64,000 nt of DNA from a virus. Where the stretch lies: positions 37,447 to 101,446 of IMG/VR virus record IMGVR_UViG_3300010368_000009; one strand, given 5' to 3'. The position numbers and the translations under genes were made by a program. The notes under the pieces were generated by a model, which saw only the letters and a list, made by a program, of their open reading frames with translations, did not search any database and was not told where the DNA came from. Positions 24,325 to 36,300 of the stretch are shown here, piece by piece; position 1 is the stretch's first letter, and each line of letters starts with the position of its first letter.

Positions 24325-25176
24325 ATGAGAAATTTTGGTGAACACGAAGGCGAACCTTGTTTGCTTCTTGGATATAGAGCAAACAATGGTAATATGCTGT
24401 TGGTACATTTGAATGATATTAGTGGTACTGCTGAAGTAGATACCATGATTAATTTCTTACAACGGCACAGAATGGACAATCGTAATATTGCAGCAATTCT
24501 TGCAGCAGAACCATCCCCGTTTATGGGATATCCAAGCATGATTGCATATTACTCTGGTAAGGCGGGTCATGATGGAAGTTCATCTTCGCTTCGCCAAATT
24601 CCTGAATTTTATATTTCGATGTATGATCAGCAGCAATCCGAAAGCTGGATTGGATCATCTGCTAGATATAAAGCTAAGCAGAAATCTCATCCGTTCTTGG
24701 ATAGATTTAAAGCATCATTGGGTCAACCTATTACAAAGTCGGATGAGCCATTGATTGAAAACAGACCAACCATCGCACCGGCACAATCTGAAAAGATTGA
24801 GGGTGATGCTGCACTTGCCTATCTCAAGCAACACAACCTACCGATCCCAGATCAACTTAAGCCGATGGTGGAACCTGTTGCCGAACCAATGGAACTTGAA
24901 GAATTTGTTTCTGGTGGCGGTAGTGGTCGCGGAACCAAGGTGGAAACATTGGATACGGTAGCAGAACAGCAATTGGCAGCATTGATGCAAATTGTTACAT
25001 TACAGAAGAACCTACTTGAGCAACAGGCCGAAGCATCTGGTCAAATCAAACGCGTTCTAGGACGTGTTGATGCTGTGGACAAATCTCTTCGCAGTGCCGC
25101 TAGAAATATGGAAAAGGCTGGTTTTGAAAAACCGGTTGTCCCTCCTACTAAGGCATCTCGTGGAAAGTCCAGTTAA
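24325..25176 (+). CDS. hypothetical protein
   Basis: Start moved to MRNFGEH, which follows an AAGGA RBS; the earlier part overlaps the previous gene. Confidence 0.65.
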   Translation: MRNFGEHEGEPCLLLGYRANNGNMLLVHLNDISGTAEVDTMINFLQRHRMDNRNIAAILAAEPSPFMGYPSMIAYYSGKAGHDGSSSSLRQIPEFYISMYDQQQSESWIGSSARYKAKQKSHPFLDRFKASLGQPITKSDEPLIENRPTIAPAQSEKIEGDAALAYLKQHNLPIPDQLKPMVEPVAEPMELEEFVSGGGSGRGTKVETLDTVAEQQLAALMQIVTLQKNLLEQQAEASGQIKRVLGRVDAVDKSLRSAARNMEKAGFEKPVVPPTKASRGKSS

Positions 25177-25570
25177 GAAACCCCTGTCGGTGGGTGTACC
25201 GAAGCTTCCTGTTAGATTCGAATACGATGATAACGGGAAGCTTCACATTCATTTTGATGGGGATACCGAATTACATTTCCATGGAACCAAATCTGAAGTC
25301 ATTGAAGACTCTTCGGTGGAATTCATACATGGTGACAAAATCATTATTACTTCGGGAGTGCATCACGTGAATCCATGGGGTGCAGAATTTTATGATCAAA
25401 TTCTAAATAATATTATAGAAAATGATACATTGAGAGAAGTAATGGAAGCTAAACTGAAGCTTCATAAAGAACAAGAAGTAAATAGTATTAAAGCGAACCG
25501 TTCTTTAAGTCTTCGTGAAAAATTATTTAAACGTATTATGAAAAAAGGTAAAAAGTGTTCTTGTGGCTGA
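25160..25570 (+). CDS. hypothetical with short gp5-like beta repeats (start uncertain)
   Basis: HIHFDGDTELHFHGTKSEVIEDSSVEFIHGDKII periodicity. Confidence 0.5.
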   Translation: MESPVKKPLSVGVPKLPVRFEYDDNGKLHIHFDGDTELHFHGTKSEVIEDSSVEFIHGDKIIITSGVHHVNPWGAEFYDQILNNIIENDTLREVMEAKLKLHKEQEVNSIKANRSLSLREKLFKRIMKKGKKCSCG

Positions 25571-25931
25571 ATTAGATAACCAGAAGCTAGATCAAATCAT
25601 TGATCTATTACAACAACTCGTTACCGTGACGAAGAATCCATCGGGTATCACGGTTGAGGAACGTCCTTGGTCTTTCCGATTGCTACAAGAATTGGCTAGC
25701 GGTGAAGATGCTGATGGCAACAACATGGTGTACGGTCATGATTTCATTTTCAATCAGGTGATCGATTGGCATCCACCAGCATTGCAATCATCTGCCGATA
25801 GTCTGACTCGGACATTCAAGGGCAATAAACGCATAACCTTTATTGAATACGCACAAAGTTTACCAGTTGATGACGTAAAGATTGAAAAAATTCTTGATTT
25901 CGTTGATAGTAAGAAACAATTAAATGGCTAA
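25563..25931 (+). CDS. hypothetical protein
   Basis: Translationally coupled to neighbours. Confidence 0.6.
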   Translation: MAELDNQKLDQIIDLLQQLVTVTKNPSGITVEERPWSFRLLQELASGEDADGNNMVYGHDFIFNQVIDWHPPALQSSADSLTRTFKGNKRITFIEYAQSLPVDDVKIEKILDFVDSKKQLNG

Positions 25932-26331
25932 TGTTGCCTTCGTCACATCACTGAGTACTGTATTTTTTGAATGCACACCGGATCAAGCTGTAACTGGATC
26001 ACCTGATACGTTTGTTAATGGACTAGCTGTTCATCGGAAAAATGATAAGTGGTCAGTTCATGCGTGTGCTCATGGGAACAGTTATGATGCATATCTTCAA
26101 GAAGGCGCTCCAACTCATTTAACCAACGGTCTGAACACGGGTCGTGTCGGTGATCCAATCACGCGCTGGCAGAAGGTCGCTGGATCGCAACCCTATCGCA
26201 CTGGTACGGCTTTCGTTGCTACGGGTTCGCGCGATACCTTTATTGGTGGAACGGGTGCTGGTGGCACTACCACGGGATATTTTCGTGCTGGTAAAGCTCG
26301 TGCTGGTAGCAAGCTTTATACAATTGGTTAA
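25924..26331 (+). CDS. PAAR-domain spike tip protein (gp5.4-like)
   Basis: TGSPDTFVNGLAVHR..D.W..H.C; NGLNTGRVGDPI; VATGSRDTFIGG. Confidence 0.85.
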   Translation: MANVAFVTSLSTVFFECTPDQAVTGSPDTFVNGLAVHRKNDKWSVHACAHGNSYDAYLQEGAPTHLTNGLNTGRVGDPITRWQKVAGSQPYRTGTAFVATGSRDTFIGGTGAGGTTTGYFRAGKARAGSKLYTIG

Positions 26332-26633
26332 TTGAGAGAAGTCACAAACGGTCGCTGATCCATTGCGATGTTTCGGGCCAAATAGATTGGTCCACCGATC
26401 ATAGACGATAGAAACAACACAACACGAGAAAAGATGGGAGAATTACCCAACTCGAATCTAAACCCTTCGGGAACATATTCAGTTGGGTAAAACCGGTACA
26501 GACCGAGATACCAGATGTATTCAATAAGACCAGCGATCAACCATAGTGATAGACAAATCTTCCATACGAATTCAACACCTAGAACTTCCATAATGTTTAC
26601 TTTCTTATGAACCGCACTTAACTGTAGCGCCAC
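26328..26633 (-). CDS. membrane protein
   Basis: Two hydrophobic segments. Confidence 0.55.
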   Translation of the reverse strand: MALQLSAVHKKVNIMEVLGVEFVWKICLSLWLIAGLIEYIWYLGLYRFYPTEYVPEGFRFELGNSPIFSRVVLFLSSMIGGPIYLARNIAMDQRPFVTSLN

Positions 26634-26919
26634 TCATCAGACTTTCCAAATCAACTAATAATTCCAACAATCGAATAGTATGTTCGTATGTTTTCGCAAT
26701 TTTGGATTGGATTATATATTTTTTCACAACGATTAATTCATAGTGGGTAAATCCTACTGATCCAAAATTCAATGCAAAATGAAGCACCGGATGTGAAAGG
26801 TTGACCCGATCATTATCATGTTTGGTGCAACTGAAATAGAATTTGCGCACAAGTGAACTAAGTTCAACATGTGGAAAAGCGTCATGTTCGCATAAAGAGT
26901 ATTTGATTTCTTTTCTCAT
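26605..26919 (-). CDS. hypothetical protein
   Basis: Coupled ORF. Confidence 0.5.
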   Translation of the reverse strand: MRKEIKYSLCEHDAFPHVELSSLVRKFYFSCTKHDNDRVNLSHPVLHFALNFGSVGFTHYELIVVKKYIIQSKIAKTYEHTIRLLELLVDLESLMSGATVKCGS

Positions 26920-27194
26920 TACTCTTCTGGTGTATCCGTTTCAATAGGTTCGATTTCAACTCCGGTTATATGACAAAAACCAAAAATGACAAATGCGGCA
27001 AGCCAAGCATTCGAAATAAACACGGACACATTACCAAATACGTTATCACCGAATATACCGGAAATCATTCCGAATACTACGAATAACAAAAAAGTATTAA
27101 CCAATGGTCGTTTTTGTATTACTACATTGTATATACTGATATAAATATCAACGACATGTTTTACCATGTCCTTTAAAAAACTGCGATCTGTCAT
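26919..27194 (-). CDS. membrane protein
   Basis: GGAG RBS; two TM-like segments. Confidence 0.6.
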   Translation of the reverse strand: MTDRSFLKDMVKHVVDIYISIYNVVIQKRPLVNTFLLFVVFGMISGIFGDNVFGNVSVFISNAWLAAFVIFGFCHITGVEIEPIETDTPEE

Positions 27195-27312
27195 GCGGAT
27201 TCTCCAAATTATGTTTCGAAACCGGTATCATGTTAATTTAGTCTGGTCAACTTTAAAACACATACAAGTTATCGAATAAATATTTAATAAGATTAGGAAT
27301 AAGTTCGACGTT

Positions 27313-30300
27313 ATGCATCGTATTGACAGTGAAGGCTCAATTAACAATCAATTCTCAGAGGGAAATCCGTCTCTTGGTGTTGAAGGAACAAAGGTTACTG
27401 CTGATTTCTTGAATGCTCTTCAAGAAGAATTAGCATATACAATTGAGTCTGCCGGGTTAACCTTGGAAAAAGGTAACCACTCCCAATTAGCAAATGCTAT
27501 TTTGACCCTCGTGGGTGGTGGTGGATCATTTCCAAATTTAGAAACACGTATTACTCAATTGAATTCTTCATATTTGTATGGTGCCAGAAATATATTCCGT
27601 CAAAATGACGAACCACTTGAAAATGTACAGGGTCCATTCTATGATAATGATATATGGATTGAAACAGATCAAAGCCCTGAACGAGTTTGGGTTTGGAATT
27701 CTATAACAGAAACATGGATTGATACTACTAGTGAAGCAAGCGCCCGTGGTATCTTATCCCAACAGAAGCTTCAGGCAATTTCTGACGGTGTTGTTCAGAT
27801 TTTCATACAAACCGATACACCAACTGGTGCTTCTGAGGGTGATCTTTGGTATAATGATCGTGATGACTTGCTATTCACCTATGATGCAGGTGTATGGTTT
27901 ACTGTATATGATGAGTTTTCGAAACGAGTTATCGTTGACGCGATCATCAGAGAAGCAGCGAACACTGCACAGGGTACAGCCGATTCAAAAATTCTCACCT
28001 ACTATCAAACATCGGCACCGGTCGGATTAACCGCACAGAACGATGGTGATATCTGGTTCGATACCAGTGACTCCAATAAAGTATATCGTTATGCACATCC
28101 TACGTGGATCGCCATTTCTGATCTTCGCATTCAAACCGCCCTAGATTATATTTTCCTTCAAGGAGCAATCGCTGACGGAACTATATTCGTTTATTTTTCT
28201 GCGGATGAACCAACCCAAGCTAACCAAGCTGCACTATCTCCACCAAAACAAGCACCATCCGAGGGTGATGTATGGGTTGATATTACCGATGATGGCGGAA
28301 GTCCAAGAAACGATGTTTACTTGTTCAATAATAATGTTTGGGTTCAACAGACTGATCCAGATTTCATTCGACTGCTTCTAAGTTTTGCGAGTGCTCGTGC
28401 AATTTCTGACGGTGCTGTAACCATTTACTTCAGTCCAACTGCACCAGATGACACATTCATTCCGGCACCGGCCTATGGTGATATTTGGTTTGATACATCT
28501 ACTGTTTCTATACCTGATGTGAATGCCGCTGACCCTGCTACCGCTGCTCAAATCAACGTTACCAAATGGGAACAATATAGATATGACGGAACATCATGGG
28601 TAGTGATTGCTGACTTCAAAGTTAAAATCATTGAAGCCAATCTGAAGAGTGAACAATTCGCACGAACCGCAGAAGACACTGCAATCTCTGGTGAAATCAC
28701 CACGGCGGTAACTCGTATTGGTGAAAATGAAGCAACCGTCCAGCAATCATTAGTATCAATCAACGGTATCGCTGGTGCTTATGGTGTTAGAACGAACGTT
28801 AATAATAAAGTGGTTGGTTTTGGTTTCATCACTGATTATGAACGAGAAATTGAATTCACCAACACCGGTTCGTTGGATTTTAATCCGGGTGATGAAGTCT
28901 TCCTTGGCGTTGACTATGCAAATAAAACCTATGCAGCTGTAATTGTATCGGTTGATAACGTTAATGAAACAATGCGAGTCATTTCGGAATCAGGTACATT
29001 TGCTACTGGTGTCACTTTGGCTTCTCGGTATAGATTGCTGGCGAATGCAACTATCGATGCAGGTACATTAAATCCGACGCCGGGTGATTCTGAATTCGAA
29101 ATCATTGTTGATAAGTTTAAAATCACTGATGGAACATCTTCGTTAACCCCATTCAGTATCAGTGGTGGCGTCGTATATGTTGGTGCTCTCGATACGAGTG
29201 TGCCACAAGTACAATACATTGGTGAGTTTGCATCTGATCCAGCAACGACTTATCCAATCAACTCAATTTACAAAAACACCACCAATGGTAACACGTATGT
29301 TTTGGAATATATCACCGGCACATCCGGTCCAAAACAGTGGGCGATCTTCCTAGAACGCGGTACAAACGCACGCTCGTTGGTCATCACCGCTAATGTTCCG
29401 GGTTATATGTTTGATAGCAATGCGGCATCATCTCCAACAAACCCTACTATAACCTTCAATGTACAATATCAGGGCCAAGCATCAGCAATCACAAGTACAG
29501 ATATTGTTGTTACTGATAAAGATGATAATGTGATTGCAGCAACACTTACGAGTACGGTTACGGATGATACCGTGATTTTTGATGCCGGTGGAACAACTCA
29601 TCGTGGATCATTCAAATTTGATATTGCTTATACAGAATTCGCAGCCAATGAATTTCCAATCACCATCACGGTTGATGATGGAACTCTATCTGACACCATG
29701 TTCGTTCCGAGAATTATTGGATCAACCGCCAAACTGATATCACTTAATCCAGATTCATCGGTCTTTCTTTTCGAGGATGATGTAGCAACTGTTCCAGAAA
29801 ATGCGTCTATCCATTTCCGCATCCAGCACCAATCATTGAGTACAGCACCGACAACATCGGAACTTACAATCGTTGATGATGCGGCAACATCATTCTCTTC
29901 TACCAACTTTACATCAGCTGGTAGTGGTTCGGGTGTATCATCGTTTGAATTATTATGGTCTACCGTTTCAGCCGCAGTTTTCCCAATCACGGTCACGATT
30001 GATGACGAAAGTATCAATGATGTCATCGTGGTTAGAAAACTAATCGGTGGTGTTGATGCCGTTGCAGGTTTCTTAACCAATGAATCTCATCTGGTGCCAG
30101 CTGAAGAAGATGGAACCATTGTGGTGGGTGGCCTTGATGATGCCATTGGTACATTTGATGTGTATCGCGGTATCACTAAGCGTAATACAGATACAGCATA
30201 TACTGTATTATCAACAATAGGTTGTTCAGCCACGATTGATGATACTGCTGGTGGAACTGCTGGTAATTATGCTATCACGGCGATGGCCGCCAATAAAGCA

Positions 30301-33300
30301 AGAGCTGTATTCCAAGCCGTATATGATTCGGTCACCATCACAAAAGTAATGAGCCTGACCAAATCATTAGCAGGGGTGGGTGCAAAAGCGCTTTATCTTT
30401 TCTCAGATGCGCAAACCTTTGAATTCACTGGGGATAATCAAGCGAAAGATGGTGGTGCCGTCATTACCTTGTCCACGATTCGTACTGGTGTTTCGGGAAT
30501 TACTTGGACAGCGGTAAACGAGCTTGATGATCCGGTCGCTTTGTCTGGAACTGGTGACGATACTAGAACCTTACCGATTGGTAACTTTGCTGCATCTGAA
30601 TATGTAACAGTCACGGTTGCTGTAACAATTGATACTGTTGAATATAGTGATAAGATCAGAATTGTTAGACTGGTTGATGGATCGAGTACAATTAATGTAG
30701 TTCTTTCAAATGAATCGCATACTTTTTTTGCTGATGAGAATGGTGTCATCAGTGGTGGAGATTACGATAGTGGAAACTCTTTAATATCGGTGTATCGCGG
30801 CACTGAAGTAATTTTATATCAGGGTGCGGCTGGTAATAACAAATTTAGATTTGGTACGATTACTGCTTCTGCTGGTATCACTATTGATGGTGGCGAAACT
30901 GCACCAACCGTTGGTATTTCCGCCATGACCAATTTGTTTGGTTATATTGATGTACCTGTCATCTATAGAAATAATAATGGTGCCGACACAACATATACTA
31001 AACGTATTTCATATGCTAAATCACGCGAAGGTGAATTGGGAAGAAACCTTCAACTGTATGGTACTGGACAGGTGTTTAGATTTGATGGCGATAATATTGC
31101 AATCAATCCTTCTGACACAATTACGATTACCGCCTTCCGTCAACATCTTGATACAGACCCTGTATTCACTGCTCTAAACGATAGTGCTCAATCGGTAACC
31201 TTGACTGGCACTGGTGATTCAAGAGCATTGAGTATTACTGATTTTGGTACATCCGAATTCGTTAAGGTCACCTGTGTTGCAACATATACTGTCAATGCGG
31301 TTGAAGTAGAAATCACTGATACCTTCTCCATCTATAGAATCAAAGGTGCAATCGCTGGTCTAGTTGTTCTTATGACCAATGAAAACCATACCTTCTTTGC
31401 TGGCCCAGACGGAACAATTGATGCTGGACTGTTCGATGATGGTAATTGTACTGTTCGTGTGTTCCGTGGTTCTGAAGAAATCTCATATGATGTTGGTGGC
31501 GGTCTTAATACTTTCAGTTTCGGAACCATTGTTGCCAGCAATGTTATCAAAGATGTAACAGAGACTGCACCCGAAATTGGTGTTAGTTCAATGTCTGGTG
31601 ATGCTGGTTCTCTTACCGTTCCGGTAATCTATAAAGACCCTACCGGTAATGATGAAACCATAACCCGTGTCATCTCTTATTCCAAGGCCAAGGTTGGTGC
31701 ACAGGCACGTGGGTTGCGCATGTCTGCCACATCACAAATCTTTAGATTTGATGGTGAAGGTGTCGCTCTTAATGGTGCTGATGAAATTACCCTAACCACT
31801 CAGAGAACACTCTTGGGTGACAATCCGACATGGACCGCTATCAATCAGGCTGGTGGTGCCGTGGCTCTGTCATCAGTGGATGCAGATACCAAAAAAGTAA
31901 CGATTGCCAACTTTGGTTCATCTGAATGGGTTAGAGTTTCGGCATCGATCACAACTAGTATCGATGGCAACAGTGTCACGTATCGTGATGAGATAACCAT
32001 TGTAAGATTGAAACGTGGTACTGATGCAATTACTGCATTGATTGAAAATGAATCACACATCTTCCCATCAGATGAAAATGGTGTTGTTTCTGATTACACC
32101 AGTGGTGATACAATAGTTCGTGTATTCTTGGGTGATACAGAAAAAACATATGGTACTGGTAATGAAGAATTTCGGTTTGGCACTATAACTCCAACGAATG
32201 TAACCAATGCAAATTTAACTGCTCCTGCGATTGGTGTTTCTGCCATGACAGAAGATACTGGTCGTTTGAGATTACCGATTATCTATCGCGATGTGAATGC
32301 TGTTGATAGAACTGTATATAAAGAAATCACATATGTTAAGTCTCGTGCTGGTGTGGCCGCTCGTAATCTAAGATTATTTGCAACCAAATTGGTTTTTGAA
32401 TTTGATAGCGAAGACTCACCGGTCAATGGAAGTGACAGTATTGTATTCACAGCTGTTGCCACCAATGTATCCAATCTTACATTCGCTGCCGAAGATCAAA
32501 ATGAAGTAGCTGTTGCATTAACCGGATCAGGTAACCAACGCACTCTTGCAATAACAGCATTTGATGATGCACAAAGTGTCAGTGTGACCGCGAGTGGAAC
32601 ATCCATGATCGGTGGTGTTTCGGTCGGCTTCAGTGATACAATCACTATTGTGAGACTACGTGAAGGTGCTGGTGGTGTACAGGTTTCATTAACTAATGAA
32701 TCACATACGTTCTATGCAGATGAAGAAAATGCAGTAATCGGAACAGAGTATGCTGGTGGTAATTCAATAATCAAAGTATATGCTGGCACCACCGAAGTAA
32801 ATTATAATGCTAGTGTTGTTCCGGGTACATGGCGTTTAGGTACGGTAACCCCAACCGATGTCACACGCAACGGAGCATTGGCGTTACCAATTATTGGTAT
32901 CTCGGATTTTGTTAAAGCTAGCAACACCGGTATATTATTATTCGAAGTAATTTATACTGACCTTAATAGTGTTGATAGAACTATACAACGTGCCATCACT
33001 TATTCCAAGTCTAAAGCTGGAACCGATGCTCGTGCCCTGAGATTGATAGCCTCTTCTCAATTATTCAACTTCAATACATCCGGTCAACCTGTTGATAATG
33101 CTGATGAAATCACTCTAAACGCGGTTCGTCAATTTATTGATGGTACAGCGGCATGGACTGCTGTGGATGAGGATAGTAATAATCTTTCATTGACTTCTGG
33201 TGCTAATGGTGACGAGAAGATTTTAAGTATTGCCAACTTTGGTTCTGCTAATCAGGCGAATATTTCTGTTAGTGCTGTGGATTCGTTCACGGGTGAAACT

Positions 33301-36300
33301 TTAGTTGATACCTTAACCATTTATAGACTTAATCAGGGTTCCGAGGGTAAAGACGGAGTAACTGTCTTTATTGGAAATGATAATCATTCATTCCCTGCGG
33401 ACGAGGCTGGGTTGGTGGATGATTATTCTACCGCTAATACGACTGTAGTTGTTTATAGTGGTTCTGTTGCAATCAACTATTCGGCAACGAAGGTGAACAA
33501 CACTTTCCGTTTCGGTACAATGACACCAACCAATGTGACTCGTAATGTTGGCTTGGTTGCCCCTATCATTGGTATTTCGGCAATGTCTGATACTGATGGT
33601 TCGCTTACTGTTCCGGTTATCTTTACGGATAATCAAGGATCAGATTTGACCTTCACCAAGATAATTTCTTATACGAAATCACTTGCAGGAACGAATGTAA
33701 GAAATATTAGACTTCGTGCAACATCTTTTACGTTTGAGTTCGACCAGTTCGGTGACCCGATTGATACCAATCAAATCATAACCTTCTCGTCTCTTAGAAT
33801 AAATGTTCCATCAGCAACGTGGACGGCTGTTGATCAAAATGATGATGCTGTTGCATTCACATCATCACCAGATGCTGACACACGAACATTAGACATTGAT
33901 GACATCGGTTCTGCAACCGAGATAACCGTTAGTGTATCATCTACCTATAACGCTATTGATTACATTGACACTATTCGAGTAGTTAGATTGGATCAAGCTC
34001 GTGATTCTATTACCATCGTTGGAACAAATGAAAACCATAGTTTCTTTGCTGATGAAGGTGGTGTTATTTTAGTAGGTGATTATGCAAGTGGTGACTGTAC
34101 TTTCTCAGTTTACCATGGTACTAGACTAATAACATATCAATCAACTGCGGCTGATGATCGTTGGCGCTTCGGTGTCATAACGGCCAACAGTGTTACTAAA
34201 AATGCGGCTTTAACTGGTGGTGCAACTGGTATTACGGCTATGTCGGCAAATGTCGGCAACTTAACAGTACCAATTGTTTATAGAGATAAAAATGGACAAG
34301 ATACTACCTACACAAAAATTATATCTTACACAAAATCAAGAAACGGGCGCGATGCGAGATGGGTACAACTCGCGGCATCGGAACAAGTATTCAGATTTAC
34401 AGGCGACGACTTACCGCTTGATAATGTTCAAACCGTTTCAATCAATGTAGCTGTAAATCTTGTTGATACTGGTGATGTAGTTGTTACTGCTAAAGATGAA
34501 CTAGGCGGTTCGATAACACTGGGTGGTTCTGGTGTTGCGAGAACTATGACGATTTCACAGTTCGGTAATTCCGAATATGCAGTCGTTGAAGCTACAGCAT
34601 CGATAACGGTTCAGGGTCAAGCCCAAGTTATCAAAGACACCATCACGATTGGTCGTGTGCGGAACGGTTCGGGGGTTGTTCAAGCTCTCCTTACCAATGA
34701 ATCACATTCATTCGCAGCAGATGAAGATGGTGTTGTTTCATCGTATGGCGGTGGCGATACAGATGTTCGTGTCTTCCGTGGTTCCGAAGAAATAAACTAT
34801 CAAGCCACTGCTGCTAATAATAAATTCCGGTTTGGAACTTATATAGTTTCGAATGTTACTAGTAATGGTGGTTTGACCAAACCAGCGGTCGGCATTTCTG
34901 CCATGTCTAGCGATTTTGGCACACTGACCATTCCAATTATCTATCGTGATCCGAATGGTGATGATGTAACAATCAATAAAGTTGTTTCATATTCCAAGTC
35001 GCGTGCTGGTAATAAAGCTCGTTTGATGCGACTTTATGGAACAGGGCAAGTATTCAAATTCAATCAGGATGGTAATCCTGTAAATGGTTCTGATACTATT
35101 ACCCTAAATGCCATTTCTACTAATCTCGGCGTTCCAACGTGGACAGCTGTAGATGAGAATTCAGTCAACCGAAACACTTTGCTATTAACTGGTGCGACCG
35201 ATTATCAGAAAATATTAAACATCGCCAATTTCATACCATATGAAACCATTACAGTGACTGCATCAGCGACTCATGACGCTGTAAATTATTCTGATCAATT
35301 CACTGTTTATAAGGTAGATGAAGGTGCCAGTAATATTGTTGTGGCTCTGTCGAACGAAGCTCATATATTTGGTGCTGATGAGGAAGGGGTTGTTTCTGAT
35401 TATGACAGTGGCGATTCGGTAATCCGTGTCTTCCGTGGTGCTACTGAAGTTTCATATAATGCCGGTGGTGCAGATGATAGTTTCTTGGTTAATAATTTTG
35501 TTGCGACCGACACAACACGCGATGGTGCTCTAGCCTTACCAAGTGTCGGTATTTCTGCCATGTCAGAAGATGCTGGTACGCTTTCATTCGACGTTGTTTA
35601 TACTGATTCAGTGGGTTCAACCGGACCAACCCAAACTAAGACTATTTCATATTCCAAAGCTCGTGCTGGTGTTAATGCTAGAGCAATTCGTTTGTTCTCT
35701 TCATCAATGCAATTCAACTTTGATGCTGGTGACAGTCCACTCAACGGCAGTGATTCAATTGCGTTCGATGCTATCAAGTCCTTCTTACCGGGAACGGTCA
35801 CATGGACTGCTAAAGATCAAACAGCCGGTAATATTACATTAACCGGTACTGGTAATAGTCGTGCTTTATCTGTCACCAATTTTGGTTCATCTACATATGT
35901 TGATGTCAAAGCGAGTGTATCGGATACCGTTAATACGATAACCACTGTTTATGAAGATCAAATCCGCGTTGTGAGGGTCCGTGACGGTGCTTCTGGTTCA
36001 ATTGGTGCCGATGCCCTACAAGTGTTCCTGACGAACCCACAGACGGCCTTTGCGTTGGATGGTGATGGCAAAATGGTTGAGAGTTACCTAATAGGTAACA
36101 CCGATGTTGAAGTTTATCTTGGAACAACCGCTGTATCTTATTCGGGAACCACCACAGCCAACACGTGGAGATATGGAACCTTTACGGAAACCAATGTCAA
36201 AAAATATCAATCGTCTGGTACGGTAGGTATTAGTGACATGTTCGCTGATCAGGGTTCTTTGTCTGTTCAAATTATATATAGAACAACCGATGCTCAAGAT

